Shown piece by piece: positions 1 to 9,703 of a stretch of 64,000 nucleotides of DNA. This stretch comes from Minisyncoccota bacterium. Lineage in GTDB: Bacteria > Patescibacteriota > Microgenomatia > UBA1400 > PJMF01. A program made the position numbers and the translations under genes. Each line of letters opens with the position of its first letter. Position 1 is the first letter of the stretch. The stretch is taken from the NCBI GenBank assembly GCA_009991965.1, contig JAACWQ010000006.1, forward strand, positions 7,174 through 71,173, read 5' to 3'. Below the pieces are notes generated by a model. The model saw nothing but the letters and a program-made list of their open reading frames with translations. It was not told where the DNA came from and searched no databases.

Positions 1-13
1 CCTCTGTCTATAT

Positions 14-1165
14 TTGTTGCTGCAATCTATCTCGTACAAACGAGCGGCAATTTTCTTTTTTGCATCCTTTTGCCTTTTTGGAGCAAAGTACTCAGCGGCC
101 CCAATCGTTATAGTTTTTTATCTTCTGTACGGCATAAAGTTATACCGACAACGAAAAACACTTAAGCATTTGCCCAAACTCGCTGCGGGTGTGTCTGTCG
201 CAATACTGTTTGGATTTTTAATTTCAGGGGGAAGCGAGCTTGTTTCAAGAGGTATTAATTTAGTACAAAATATTCTATTCAAAGAAAAACTTGGTCTGAC
301 AACCTCAACTGCATCATCTGCCACTTGGATTAGTACGGTTTTTATCAAAAAGAATCTTCCGTTGTATTTGCAAGCACTCGCTGGAGGTAGTATTTACACA
401 CTTTGGGTCAAAAGTTCATTTGTTCCACAATTTATCGGCATAGTAACAGCAATAACGGTAGTGGTTACGAGCATTCGCTCAAGGTACCAATTTTTCTCAC
501 GCTCCGTGCTACTCCTGCTGGCGGTTCAAGTCGGATTTCTTTCGCTCTTTTATTCTTTTGAATCTCGATACATTTTGTATGCTATCCCCGTACTCTTACT
601 TGCCTTTGCCATTGCGCTGCAAGAAACTGTTGCCTTTGTTCAAAAGCACGTGTCAAAGAAATATAGGTCAGCAGTGCCAATTGCTTTAGTTACAACGATA
701 GGTCTCGTTTTCTTGGGCACAAATGCACTGCGGCTGAAAAATCAAGTCATGCTCAACCTGCGTCATGCCGAAACACCCTGGTGGTATCTGAGTGTAATCG
801 ATTTAAACAAGTATTTTGCTGACAATACTGAAAACAAACCGATCGTGATCACCGCAATAAGTCCGTACCTCATTGATTACTATTCAAATAATAATTACAA
901 ACTACTGCCTTTGGCCAATCAACAAGATTTTAATAGAGACGAAAGAGATCAAGTGGCGGCTTGGGGCCCAAACGACTACTCAGATTTATTAAGTCTGTAT
1001 CGCCAAAAGCTACTTGATGGCAATGAAGTCTACGTGAGCAAATACGGTCTCGGTCACGAAGCAGACAAAATTGCTGCCTTCCAAGCAATTCAAGATACAT
1101 TTTCACTCGAACTTGTGCAGTCTGGGTGCTACGATCTGTGCAACATCTATCAATTGCATCTATGA
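14..1165 (+). CDS. 5'-truncated polytopic membrane protein at the window edge; probably the C-terminal part of another Wzy_C-like paralogue; ends in a ~110-aa soluble SPY...CxDxC domain
   Basis: ORF is open to the window start (no in-frame stop before the TTG at 14). Hydrophobic helices are followed by a soluble tail ...ITAISPYLIDYYSNNNYKLLPL...GCYDLCNIYQL. That tail aligns by eye with ...ITTLSPYYTDLYSSQLYQVLPL...DCFDKCSLYTVK in the next gene. Stop TGA overlaps the next ATG (ATGA at 1162-1165). Confidence 0.5.
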   Translation: MLLQSISYKRAAIFFFASFCLFGAKYSAAPIVIVFYLLYGIKLYRQRKTLKHLPKLAAGVSVAILFGFLISGGSELVSRGINLVQNILFKEKLGLTTSTASSATWISTVFIKKNLPLYLQALAGGSIYTLWVKSSFVPQFIGIVTAITVVVTSIRSRYQFFSRSVLLLLAVQVGFLSLFYSFESRYILYAIPVLLLAFAIALQETVAFVQKHVSKKYRSAVPIALVTTIGLVFLGTNALRLKNQVMLNLRHAETPWWYLSVIDLNKYFADNTENKPIVITAISPYLIDYYSNNNYKLLPLANQQDFNRDERDQVAAWGPNDYSDLLSLYRQKLLDGNEVYVSKYGLGHEADKIAAFQAIQDTFSLELVQSGCYDLCNIYQLHL

Positions 1166-4100
1166 TAGTACGCATGCTCACCTTCGTCAGCCTCTTCCTC
1201 CTCGCCTTTATCCCCCTGTACCCAAAAATACCCCTCTTTGACATTCTTCCTGGCTACATCGTGCGCGTACGAGTAGAGGACATACTGATGGTTCTCGCCA
1301 GCGGCCTCTGGTTTTGGCACGCACTCAAACATAGAGCAGAGTGGCGCAACGGTTATCTTGGCTTTGTTGGCATCTACGCATTTGCCGGACTGCTCACCAT
1401 TGCACTTGGCATATTTTTACTCCAAACCATTCCGCTCGAATTACTACACGTCGGCAAAAGCGCTTTACATTACTTTCGCTATCTCGAATACTTTTCCCTC
1501 TTTTTTATTGTTTTCTCTGGCATTAGGACCAAACGACAAACTAGGATTGCGCTCTTTGTCTTGGCCGCCACAACCTTTTTGGTCACGCTCTACGGCTTCG
1601 GCCAAAAATATATGCACTTTCCGTTGTACTCGACCATGAACCGGGAGTACAGCAAAGGGCAAGCCTTTTATCTCGAGGCGGGAGGCAAGGTCAGCTCTAC
1701 TTTTGGTGGGCACTATGATCTCGCCGCTTTTCTTGTCATTGTCTTGCCGATGCTTTTTGCTTTTTCACTTACACGCTTTGGAAGAACCAAAAAAAAGCTA
1801 CTAGTATTTGGTTGGCTGCAGCTCACACATCTAGCAGGACTTTGGCTACTTATAGAAACAGGCTCTAAGACAGCGCTTATTTCGTATCTGCTCGCACTCA
1901 CCATTGTGGTGGTACTAAACATATTGCGAATTCAAGATAAGCGGCTCAAGGCACTGTTTTCTTCAGCTGCTCTTGCCGGGGTAGTCGTTATGGCTTTTTT
2001 GTTTCTGACACTGTTCGGTGCCAAAACAAAAGACCGCTTTACCAATTTGTTTCAATCAGTCTTTCAAGATCAGCAAAATGTGGATCCCACCGACCTTGTC
2101 GGCAACGGCTATGAGTGGAAAACTCACACTCAGACTTCCCCCGATGGCGTTGTCACCACTACCAGAGAGCTCGAGAAGAGCACGTGGTCACCAAATGCAA
2201 TCCGTTACGGCATCTCCATGGGCATCCGCCTCGACACGCTCTGGCCACAGGCGATCAGAGGTCTAAATAATAACCCACTCTTTGGCAGTGGCTACGGCAC
2301 GCTTTCCAAGATTGAAAACTCACAATACACCGAGGCAGATAGTACCGACAATAATTATTTGCGCACATTGGGCGAAACCGGCCTGATTGGCTTTGTACTT
2401 TTTTATGGCTTTATTCTTGTCGCTATGCGCACGGTCAAACGGAAATTGCCAGAACAAACTGGCATTTTACATGCACTGAGTATTGGCTATCTCGGAGCAA
2501 GCGCGGGCTTATTGCTCAATGCGTTATATATAGATGTGTTTGCAGCCTCCAAGGTCGCCTTCATCTACTGGGGAGTCTCTGGGCTGACGCTGAGCATGGT
2601 CGCCAGAGCAGAGGGTTTGCACGCCTTGCAAACACTCTTTGGCCACCTCAATCGCCACAAGTCATTGTATGTAGCTGTGCTCCTCAGTTTTTTCATTCTC
2701 CATCAGAATCCACTGGCTACAAACTCACGCCTGCACGCATTTGACACTTCCAGCAAGTCTCTCGAGAATTTTGTAGCCGCCCGCTGTTTTATAAAAACAC
2801 ACTCGTTTGATCTTTGCCGCAGCGATGGTTCTAAGGCTGGTAGTAACTTCACTGTGTATAGCGTTCTGCTCGTACCGTTTGTGTGGCTATCAAAAAATCC
2901 GGCAGTGTATTACCACCTGAACTTCTCGCTGGTCTTACTGGTCTTGATAGTTGTGCACAAAAAAATTGCTAAAAAATCATTCCTGAGCTTGCTCTTTATC
3001 GTCGGTATGGCATATGAATACGGCTTTAGTCGTGGTCCGCTGGAAGATATACAACTGCTGCGACTACTTATTCTTACTCCTGTCAGCCTCTGGCTGCTGC
3101 AGAAATTTCTCCTGCATGGCAAACACGCCCGCGTAACTAAAATCGTTATCTATGGCGTCCTCATGTTTATTCCCGTTCTGCGGACCGATTTTGCACACAG
3201 CTTCATCGAAAGCTTCCGCAACGTCGAACAAGTAGTCAAACGCGATTCGGTCCTACAAGCAAATGTTTCCCTCAAAGAAAATAGTTACCTCATCACCACG
3301 CTTTCTCCTTATTACACTGATCTCTACAGTAGCCAACTGTACCAAGTGCTGCCGCTTTCGTCGGCGCAAGTCTACACAAACCTGCTCGAGCAGGGGAGCA
3401 AACTCTTTTTGACCGAGCAGGGTATATCCGAAAACAAAATGTTCTTTGACGATTTCACCAAACTGCGAAAAAATTTCGATGTGCGTTATCTCACAATCGA
3501 CTGTTTCGACAAGTGCTCGCTGTATACTGTGAAATCGCTTTCAGAAAAGATTTCGCCAATACCAAGCACAATCACAACTCGGCCACTCAATCCAGCCAAG
3601 CTCCCAGCAAGTTATTCCTTTGCAGTCGTTGCCAATCGATATGACGAGAATGCGCTGGCAGAAAAGACAATTCTCACTAAACTAGCTGGACTGCAAACTG
3701 AGCCGTTCGAGTTCTTGATCGTCACCGGCGATATCGTCAATACACGCGACAAAGGTGCCATACCAACCATCAACGCCTTGCTAACTGACAATTCTCCCTA
3801 TCCAATTCTCTATAACCCAGGCAACTATGATCTTCTACCGCAAAAACCGTATGACATTCACAGTGAGCGTTTTTACTCAGATCGTGATTACTTCATCACG
3901 CTGGATATCGGAGCAGACTCCGTGGCGACCAATGAGCAGCGGATTTTTGTCTTCAACGCGTTACTCGAACTAGAACAGTTGCCCGATATTAAAAACCTGT
4001 TTATCATCTCGCACGATCTCAACTGGCAAGATCAGTCAAATCAAAAAAACTTTATCCACCAACTCGATGCGAAGTTGCGTGAATTCCCAGATTTAGATGT

Positions 4101-4239
4101 GTATGTTTTGACCGCGGATCATGGTGACGCCGAGAGTGAAACCGCGCTGAAAAAGGGGAATATAACCTACCGAGCAGGTAGTTTGAGAGCGAAAGTTGAT
4201 GCAACTGGAATTGTCAGTATTAGTTCAGAGACTCTCTAA
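1162..4239 (+). CDS. O-antigen-ligase (Wzy_C)-like polytopic membrane protein fused to extra TM segments, a SPY...CxDxC domain and a C-terminal calcineurin-like metallophosphoesterase-like domain
   Basis: Periplasmic-loop motif RLDTLWPQAIRGLNNNPLFGSGYGTLSK...TEADSTDNNYLRTLGETGLIGFVLFYG is typical of the WaaL/Wzy_C family. The N-terminus (FIPLYPKIPLFDILPGYIVRVRVEDI) is nearly identical to the paralogue at 12781. C-terminal motifs GDIVNTRDKG and GNYD resemble metallophosphatase motifs II and III. The ORF track starts at 1126, but the ATG at 1162 matches the paralogue's N-terminus and gives an ATGA overlap. Confidence 0.7.
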   Translation: MIVRMLTFVSLFLLAFIPLYPKIPLFDILPGYIVRVRVEDILMVLASGLWFWHALKHRAEWRNGYLGFVGIYAFAGLLTIALGIFLLQTIPLELLHVGKSALHYFRYLEYFSLFFIVFSGIRTKRQTRIALFVLAATTFLVTLYGFGQKYMHFPLYSTMNREYSKGQAFYLEAGGKVSSTFGGHYDLAAFLVIVLPMLFAFSLTRFGRTKKKLLVFGWLQLTHLAGLWLLIETGSKTALISYLLALTIVVVLNILRIQDKRLKALFSSAALAGVVVMAFLFLTLFGAKTKDRFTNLFQSVFQDQQNVDPTDLVGNGYEWKTHTQTSPDGVVTTTRELEKSTWSPNAIRYGISMGIRLDTLWPQAIRGLNNNPLFGSGYGTLSKIENSQYTEADSTDNNYLRTLGETGLIGFVLFYGFILVAMRTVKRKLPEQTGILHALSIGYLGASAGLLLNALYIDVFAASKVAFIYWGVSGLTLSMVARAEGLHALQTLFGHLNRHKSLYVAVLLSFFILHQNPLATNSRLHAFDTSSKSLENFVAARCFIKTHSFDLCRSDGSKAGSNFTVYSVLLVPFVWLSKNPAVYYHLNFSLVLLVLIVVHKKIAKKSFLSLLFIVGMAYEYGFSRGPLEDIQLLRLLILTPVSLWLLQKFLLHGKHARVTKIVIYGVLMFIPVLRTDFAHSFIESFRNVEQVVKRDSVLQANVSLKENSYLITTLSPYYTDLYSSQLYQVLPLSSAQVYTNLLEQGSKLFLTEQGISENKMFFDDFTKLRKNFDVRYLTIDCFDKCSLYTVKSLSEKISPIPSTITTRPLNPAKLPASYSFAVVANRYDENALAEKTILTKLAGLQTEPFEFLIVTGDIVNTRDKGAIPTINALLTDNSPYPILYNPGNYDLLPQKPYDIHSERFYSDRDYFITLDIGADSVATNEQRIFVFNALLELEQLPDIKNLFIISHDLNWQDQSNQKNFIHQLDAKLREFPDLDVYVLTADHGDAESETALKKGNITYRAGSLRAKVDATGIVSISSETL

Positions 4240-5185
4240 CCCTCCGCAAACCCTCCGCAAAACTAACCTGTGGCGACCAACCAAGTACCTGACGCGCTTT
4301 TGAAATATCTGGCTTACGTCGAGTGGGATCATCGCCTGGCAAATCTTTAAAGATTATTTCTAGCTCTGGTTTGTCAAATGCCTTTTTCACCAACTCTGCT
4401 GTTGCGAGTGCCGTATGTTCTTCATTTGGATTACCAAGATTGATCGTTTCTCCGGCCAGATCCTCAAGCGTGCCCATCAGAACAATACCAGCAACCAAAT
4501 CGGACACATAACAAAATGATCGCGTTTGTGAGCCGTCACCATAGATTGTGAGTGGTTCGGAATCCATTGCTTGGCGGATAAAATTTGGAATAATCCGCCC
4601 ATCGGCCAAATCCATACGTGGGCCATAGGTATTAAAAATCCGCACAATGCGGACATCCATGCCAAAATCTCTCGCGTGTACGCCACAAATTGTTTCACCA
4701 AGTCGCTTGGCTTCGTCGTAACACGAGCGCACACCATTGGGATTAACATTGCCCCAATAGCCCTCAACTTGCGGATGCTCTGCAGGATCCCCATATGTTT
4801 CAGACGTGCTAGCAAAAACAAATCGCGCCTGAGGCGCATGTTCCTTGAGGTGTTGCAGTAGGTAATGTGTGCCAATCGAGTTCACCAGGTAAGTCTCAAC
4901 TGGGTGAGCCTGATAGCGAGGCGGACTGGCGGGGGAAGCAAGGTGAAATACAACATCTGGTGACAAACCAGCAGGCAAGTACTTTGCGGCTGGCTGCGAT
5001 ACGTCTGCTTTTATGAAATGAAAATTACCGTTGCTCTCAAGATGGTCTATATTTTTCGCCTGGCCAGTGATAAAATTGTCAATACCATACACTGTGTAGC
5101 CCATTTTTAATAACGAATCACATAAGTGCGAGCCGACAAAACCTGCGGCTCCAGTTACGATGGCTGTTTGGTCACTACGATTCAT
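4220..5185 (-). CDS. UDP-glucuronate decarboxylase (UDP-xylose synthase)-like NAD-dependent epimerase/dehydratase
   Basis: Rossmann motif TGAAGFVGSH. The stretch FASTSETYGDPAEHPQVEGYWGNVNPNGVRSCYDEAKRLGE...IFNTYGPRM matches the UXS/ArnA-decarboxylase signature (SxYDEGKR). It is the only minus-strand gene in the glycan island, and its 3' end overlaps the 3' end of 1162..4239 by 20 nt. Confidence 0.78.
   Translation of the reverse strand: MNRSDQTAIVTGAAGFVGSHLCDSLLKMGYTVYGIDNFITGQAKNIDHLESNGNFHFIKADVSQPAAKYLPAGLSPDVVFHLASPASPPRYQAHPVETYLVNSIGTHYLLQHLKEHAPQARFVFASTSETYGDPAEHPQVEGYWGNVNPNGVRSCYDEAKRLGETICGVHARDFGMDVRIVRIFNTYGPRMDLADGRIIPNFIRQAMDSEPLTIYGDGSQTRSFCYVSDLVAGIVLMGTLEDLAGETINLGNPNEEHTALATAELVKKAFDKPELEIIFKDLPGDDPTRRKPDISKARQVLGWSPQVSFAEGLRRVRESLN
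4239..4260. repeat. 11-bp perfect tandem duplication (ccctccgcaaa x2) at the convergent gene overlap
   Basis: The two copies are at 4239-4249 and 4250-4260. They lie inside the last codons of the minus-strand UXS-like gene (..FAEGLRRVRESLN*) and just beyond the stop of 1162..4239. Confidence 0.6.
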
Positions 5186-5226
5186 GAAATTATTCTACCG
5201 TATTCTTACTTAGAAAGGTGGCTAAA

Positions 5227-5406
5227 ATGCCTGAGCAATCACAACTAACTGAACAAGACTATATTAGGATAGCCGGTTATGTAAAAAATGATGAATGGCC
5301 TTCTTTTTGGGATGAGGTTCTAATACTTGCATTGCAAAATCCAAAAAATGAAAAGTTGATCGGGCAACTCAAAACAGCTGCTACGCCTAGCAGTTCTGAC
5401 AAATAA
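5227..5406 (+). CDS. small hypothetical protein (59 aa) in the divergent intergenic region
   Basis: ORF track gives a GTG at 5218. An ATG at 5227 lies 5 nt after the purine-rich AAAGGTGG. The peptide is amphipathic and not low-complexity, but no homology was recognised. Confidence 0.3.
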   Translation: MPEQSQLTEQDYIRIAGYVKNDEWPSFWDEVLILALQNPKNEKLIGQLKTAATPSSSDK

Positions 5407-5423
5407 TCTCTATAATTCTTCTT

Positions 5424-6899
5424 GTGCGCAAATTATTTGTTTCTACAACTTTTCCGTTATATCTCATTCTACTGGTGGCTTTGGTACTGCGAATACCACT
5501 TTTGACGGGATCATTTTGGCTTGACGAAGCCGCGCAAGCTTTGGAAAGTACCAGACCACTTTCCCAGCAATTAGACATTGTTGCCGACTTTCAACCGCCA
5601 CTGCTGCATCTCGTTACTCATTTTGCGAGTTACTTTTCAACTGCAGAATGGTGGCTGCGTACTGTCGGCGCGCTCATTCCAGGCTTGGTGACCATTGCTT
5701 TCAGCTATGTACTCTTGCTTCGTGCCGCAAATAAAAAAACTGCCATTATTGGATCACTTTTACTCAGCACCTCATCTCTGCACATCTATTTTTCTCAAGA
5801 ACTTCGGCCGTATGCCCTGCCGGCTATGTTCGCTGTCATCTCGTGGTGGGCGCTGTACGAAAAACGTTGGCGCTCATTTACAGCCAGCACAATACTTGGT
5901 TTGTATAGCTCGTATCTGTTTCCTTTTTTGCTTTTTTCTCAACTTGTCTGGCAACTTGTTGTGGTGAAGGAAAAGCGAAGAGAGTTCTTTTCGTCAATAG
6001 CACTTTCGGCCGCGCTTTTTGCGCCTTGGCTACCCATGTTTTTTGCACAACTACAAACAGGCCAACTCTTGCGCCATGACTTGCCGGGCTGGGATACAGT
6101 CGTCAGCGTTCCACAAGAAAAGGCGTTGCAGTTGGTTTTTGCCAAGTTTATATTTGGTCTGAGTGATCTCTCACTTTCGCCAACCTATCTACTCATTGCA
6201 GGCCTGATTGGTCTTGGTATAGCTTTTCTATGCATCCATTTCTGGCCAAAGACGCCAAGTAAAAAACGCAGATTACTTGCGTTACTACTGCTCTGGACTG
6301 GCCTGCCACTGCTCGTTGGTTGGTTGGTCTCTTGGATTATTCCCGTGATCGAGCCCAAGCGTTTACTATTGTCATTAGCTGGTTTTTATGGCCTTGCTGC
6401 CTACCTGTCGGTTTTGGCTGCCCAACAAAAAAGTCGAGCAGTTGCCTGGACTGGTCATATCCTAATTGCAACACTTCTCACCCTTACTATTTGGAGCACA
6501 ACAAATTACTACACCAACGCCAAACTGCAGCGAGAGGATTGGCGAGGCAGTATCGCAAAAATAGAGCAGACATATCCTACTCAAGATACCGTCGCGCTCT
6601 TTATCTTTCCTGATCCATTTGCTCCCTGGCGGTGGTACGCAGATCCCAAGATCAAAACCCTTACGACCAAGACCATTTTTATAACCAAAGATACCCAACT
6701 GCGGGATTTGCTCGAGCCAACGCTTGACTACACGTACCTGGTAGTGTTTGATTATCTACAGGATCTGACTGACCCGAATCGATTAGTCCGCGCAGAGTTA
6801 GAAAAATTTGGTTTTCGGGAGACTGGTTCATTCTCAACTGAGAATCTTGGTTTTGTTCGCATCTTCACGAACAAACAAACTATGGAAAATAATGGATAG
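5424..6899 (+). CDS. GT-C fold membrane glycosyltransferase, family 39/ArnT(PMT)-like
   Basis: N-terminal first-loop motif LRIPLLTGSFWLDEAAQA (DE motif of the GT39/GT83 family). Many TM helices follow, then a C-terminal soluble domain. GTG start. Confidence 0.7.
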   Translation: MRKLFVSTTFPLYLILLVALVLRIPLLTGSFWLDEAAQALESTRPLSQQLDIVADFQPPLLHLVTHFASYFSTAEWWLRTVGALIPGLVTIAFSYVLLLRAANKKTAIIGSLLLSTSSLHIYFSQELRPYALPAMFAVISWWALYEKRWRSFTASTILGLYSSYLFPFLLFSQLVWQLVVVKEKRREFFSSIALSAALFAPWLPMFFAQLQTGQLLRHDLPGWDTVVSVPQEKALQLVFAKFIFGLSDLSLSPTYLLIAGLIGLGIAFLCIHFWPKTPSKKRRLLALLLLWTGLPLLVGWLVSWIIPVIEPKRLLLSLAGFYGLAAYLSVLAAQQKSRAVAWTGHILIATLLTLTIWSTTNYYTNAKLQREDWRGSIAKIEQTYPTQDTVALFIFPDPFAPWRWYADPKIKTLTTKTIFITKDTQLRDLLEPTLDYTYLVVFDYLQDLTDPNRLVRAELEKFGFRETGSFSTENLGFVRIFTNKQTMENNG

Positions 6900-8058
6900 C
6901 ACTATGTCTCAAGCAATTCGCGTCGGCATCGACATTACTTCTGTACTCTACGGTAGAGGCGTTTCGCGTTACACGACGAATCTCACTCGACACTTGCTTG
7001 CCAATAAGCGAGTAAAAATGAGCTTATACGGTTCATCATTGCGACAAAAAACAGAACTCGAAAAAATTGCCAAAGAATTAAAAGACGCCACAGAGCAAAA
7101 GGCGCACACTGTCATCCGCAACTATCCACCTTCGCTGTACAACTTTCTCTGGTACAAACTTGGTTACCCAAAAATCCGTTCTGCCATGCCAGAAATTTCT
7201 TTGTTTCACTCCTGGGACTGGCTACAACCACCAGATAGAGATCTGCCGTTAATTTCGACCATCCACGACCTCTCGATGCTTAAATACCCAGAGACAGCCC
7301 ACCCGCAGATCATGAGTATGCACCAGAAATCCTGGGAGGTACTCAAGAAGCGCAATGCACATATTATTGCGGTGAGTAGGGCAACAAAACATGACATCAT
7401 CTCTTACCTAGATATTCCCGCTGAACGCATCCATGTCGTGCACGAGGCATTGCCAGATGAGGCCATGCTCGTCAATACACATTTGACTGAGGCTCGGTAC
7501 GAACAACTCAAGGTGGAGCTGCAACTAACAAAGCCCTATATTTTATTTGTTGGCACCAGAGAACCAAGGAAGAATTTGGCTCGGCTGATTGCTGCTTGGC
7601 AATCGCTCAACATTCCAGATCTAGAATTATTGATCGCGGGGAGTGTAGGTTGGGACAAAACAGACGATCTAGCAAAGACTCCTGGGCTGCGATTTTTGAA
7701 TCGTGTAAGCGATGAAGCTCTCTCCGTTCTCTATGGCGAAGCAAATGTCTTTGCATTTCCGTCACTCTATGAAGGTTTCGGCCTACCAATCCTTGAGGCA
7801 TTTCACCATGGCACACCTGTCGTGACATCAAACTGTTCAAGCATGCCAGAGGTGGCAGGAAACGCAGCCGAGCTGGTTAACCCACTCTCAGAGCAAAGCA
7901 TTGCTGCAGGTCTGAGCAAAGTGCTCAACGAAAGTTTGGCAGACCAGCGAAAACGTTTACAAAAAATGATTATTCGCTCGCAAATGTTTAGTTGGAATCG
8001 CGTTGCAGATCAGACTATCGATGCCTACGAGCAAACGATCCAGACTTTTGTGTCATAA
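6892..8058 (+). CDS. GT4 (group 1) glycosyltransferase
   Basis: C-terminal EGFGLPILEAFHHGTPVVTSNCSSMPEVAG, the E-x7-E region of GT4. The ORF track start at 6808 overlaps the previous gene by 92 nt. The ATG at 6892 overlaps the previous stop (ATGGATAG). Confidence 0.8.
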   Translation: MDSTMSQAIRVGIDITSVLYGRGVSRYTTNLTRHLLANKRVKMSLYGSSLRQKTELEKIAKELKDATEQKAHTVIRNYPPSLYNFLWYKLGYPKIRSAMPEISLFHSWDWLQPPDRDLPLISTIHDLSMLKYPETAHPQIMSMHQKSWEVLKKRNAHIIAVSRATKHDIISYLDIPAERIHVVHEALPDEAMLVNTHLTEARYEQLKVELQLTKPYILFVGTREPRKNLARLIAAWQSLNIPDLELLIAGSVGWDKTDDLAKTPGLRFLNRVSDEALSVLYGEANVFAFPSLYEGFGLPILEAFHHGTPVVTSNCSSMPEVAGNAAELVNPLSEQSIAAGLSKVLNESLADQRKRLQKMIIRSQMFSWNRVADQTIDAYEQTIQTFVS

Positions 8059-8064
8059 TAAATA

Positions 8065-9219
8065 ATGGCACCCCACCGCATAGCAATTGATGGCAACGAA
8101 GCAAATGTGCAAAACCGTGTGGGGAGCAATATTTTCGCTTTTGAATTACTGCTAGAACTAGAAAAACAACTGGCACACAACCCCAATTGGGAAATTACTG
8201 TGTTGCTTACTATGCATCCACTCGCTGATCTTCCAGCCGAGCGCCCTGGCTGGAAGTATGTCATTTTACGCCCCAAACAACTCTGGACACAGTGGGCATT
8301 ACCAAAATATTTATTTGCAAACAAAGACAGCCTCGATCTTTTCTTCACGCCAGGCCACTACGCCCCACGCCTCTCGCCAGTGCCATATATTTCGGCAGTA
8401 CTTGATCTAGCATTCCTTTCACACCCAACATTATTTACTCTACGAGATCGTTTGCAACTTACGTACTGGACAAAATATAGCGTCAAACGAGCACAAAAAA
8501 TCATTACTATCAGCGAAGCGTCGAAACAAGAAATTGCAGAAAAATATGGCATTGCGCCAAAAAATATCGTCGTCTGCTATCCGGCTATAGGAAAAGTAGA
8601 GAAAATTTCGGCACAACAAGCGCAACAAATTCTAAATAAATACTCTTTGCCCGAATCGTTCTTTATTTCGCTCGGTACCTTGCAACCAAGAAAAAACCTC
8701 ATTCGTTTGATCGAAGCATTTGAGAGCTTTTCTCGCAAACAACAAGGTCTTGCAAAAATTTCAAAGCAGCAACACTTGGTTTTCGCTGGCAAAGAAGGCT
8801 GGCTGGCACAACCCATTCTTGATCGTATTGCAGAATCACCGTTCAAGGAAAATATTCACCTCACCGGATTTATCTCGGAACAAGAAAAATGGGTACTCCT
8901 GCGCGCAGCTACTGCTTCAATTTCTATTGGGCTTAAAGAGGGTTTCGGCATACCTGCACTCGAAGCACTCGAGGTTGGAACAATTCCTGTGGTGTCGAAT
9001 ACTACGAGTTTGCCAGAAGTAGTGGGGCAAGCCGGCATTCTTGTTGATCCAACAAATTCGCTCGCGATTGCAGATGGACTCTGGCAAGTTGCCACACTCA
9101 AAGCTAGAGACCGAGCGGTGCTCCGAAAAAAGGGCAGAGAACAAAAAGCAAAATTTACCTGGAGCAAAACAGCCGCCACAGTACTTGATCTCTGGCAAGC
9201 TGTACTCGATATCTCATGA
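8065..9219 (+). CDS. GT4 (group 1) glycosyltransferase
   Basis: EGFGIPALEALEVGTIPVVSNTTSLPEVVG, with the GT4 N-terminal fold pattern. Confidence 0.8.
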   Translation: MAPHRIAIDGNEANVQNRVGSNIFAFELLLELEKQLAHNPNWEITVLLTMHPLADLPAERPGWKYVILRPKQLWTQWALPKYLFANKDSLDLFFTPGHYAPRLSPVPYISAVLDLAFLSHPTLFTLRDRLQLTYWTKYSVKRAQKIITISEASKQEIAEKYGIAPKNIVVCYPAIGKVEKISAQQAQQILNKYSLPESFFISLGTLQPRKNLIRLIEAFESFSRKQQGLAKISKQQHLVFAGKEGWLAQPILDRIAESPFKENIHLTGFISEQEKWVLLRAATASISIGLKEGFGIPALEALEVGTIPVVSNTTSLPEVVGQAGILVDPTNSLAIADGLWQVATLKARDRAVLRKKGREQKAKFTWSKTAATVLDLWQAVLDIS

Positions 9220-9701
9220 TAACTATTTTAGGCATTGATCCGGGATATGATCGACTTGGATGGGCAATAGCAACAATACAGCAGCGAAAAATGTCGCTCG
9301 TCGCCTACGACTGCATCGTCACCGACAAAACACAGGATTTTCTCCAGCGCATGGGCGCTATCACCGCCGAGCTTGAATCTATCCTAACGAAATATCAACC
9401 CAATGAACTTGCGATCGAAACACTCATTTTTGCGCGCAATACAACAACTGCTCTCAAGGTGAGCGAAATTCGCGGCTCAGTCATCACCACAGCAACTGGG
9501 CACAACATTGCTGTTTCCCAATATAACCCTATGACCATTAAGCAATCCGTGACTGGCTATGGCAAAGCTGACAAGCAAGCTCTCAACAAAATGTTACGAC
9601 TGCTTTTCCCAAAGATCGGCAAAGTTTCGCACGATGATACAATGGACGCGATCGCGGTTACACTCGCACACGCGCTGACGCTTCACCAGATTCAATTGTA
9701 A
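9216..9701 (+). CDS. ruvC: crossover junction endodeoxyribonuclease RuvC
   Basis: MITILGIDPGYDRLGWAI N-terminus (ILGIDPG catalytic Asp motif). Length 161 aa. ATGA overlap with the upstream GT4. Confidence 0.85.
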   Translation: MITILGIDPGYDRLGWAIATIQQRKMSLVAYDCIVTDKTQDFLQRMGAITAELESILTKYQPNELAIETLIFARNTTTALKVSEIRGSVITTATGHNIAVSQYNPMTIKQSVTGYGKADKQALNKMLRLLFPKIGKVSHDDTMDAIAVTLAHALTLHQIQL

Positions 9702-9703
9702 CT

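Noticed and set aside
4239-4260. 11-bp perfect tandem repeat (ccctccgcaaa x2) as a possible regulatory or recombination site
   Set aside because: It sits in the last codons of the UXS-like gene (encoding ..FAEGLRRV..) at a 20-nt convergent gene overlap. It is most simply a small coding-region duplication. There is no inverted partner or other copies in the window.
5218-5226. GTG at 5218 as the start of the small divergent-region ORF
   Set aside because: An ATG three codons downstream (5227) follows a purine-rich AAAGGTGG stretch. The GTG start would place that stretch inside the coding sequence. The ORF itself remains low confidence.
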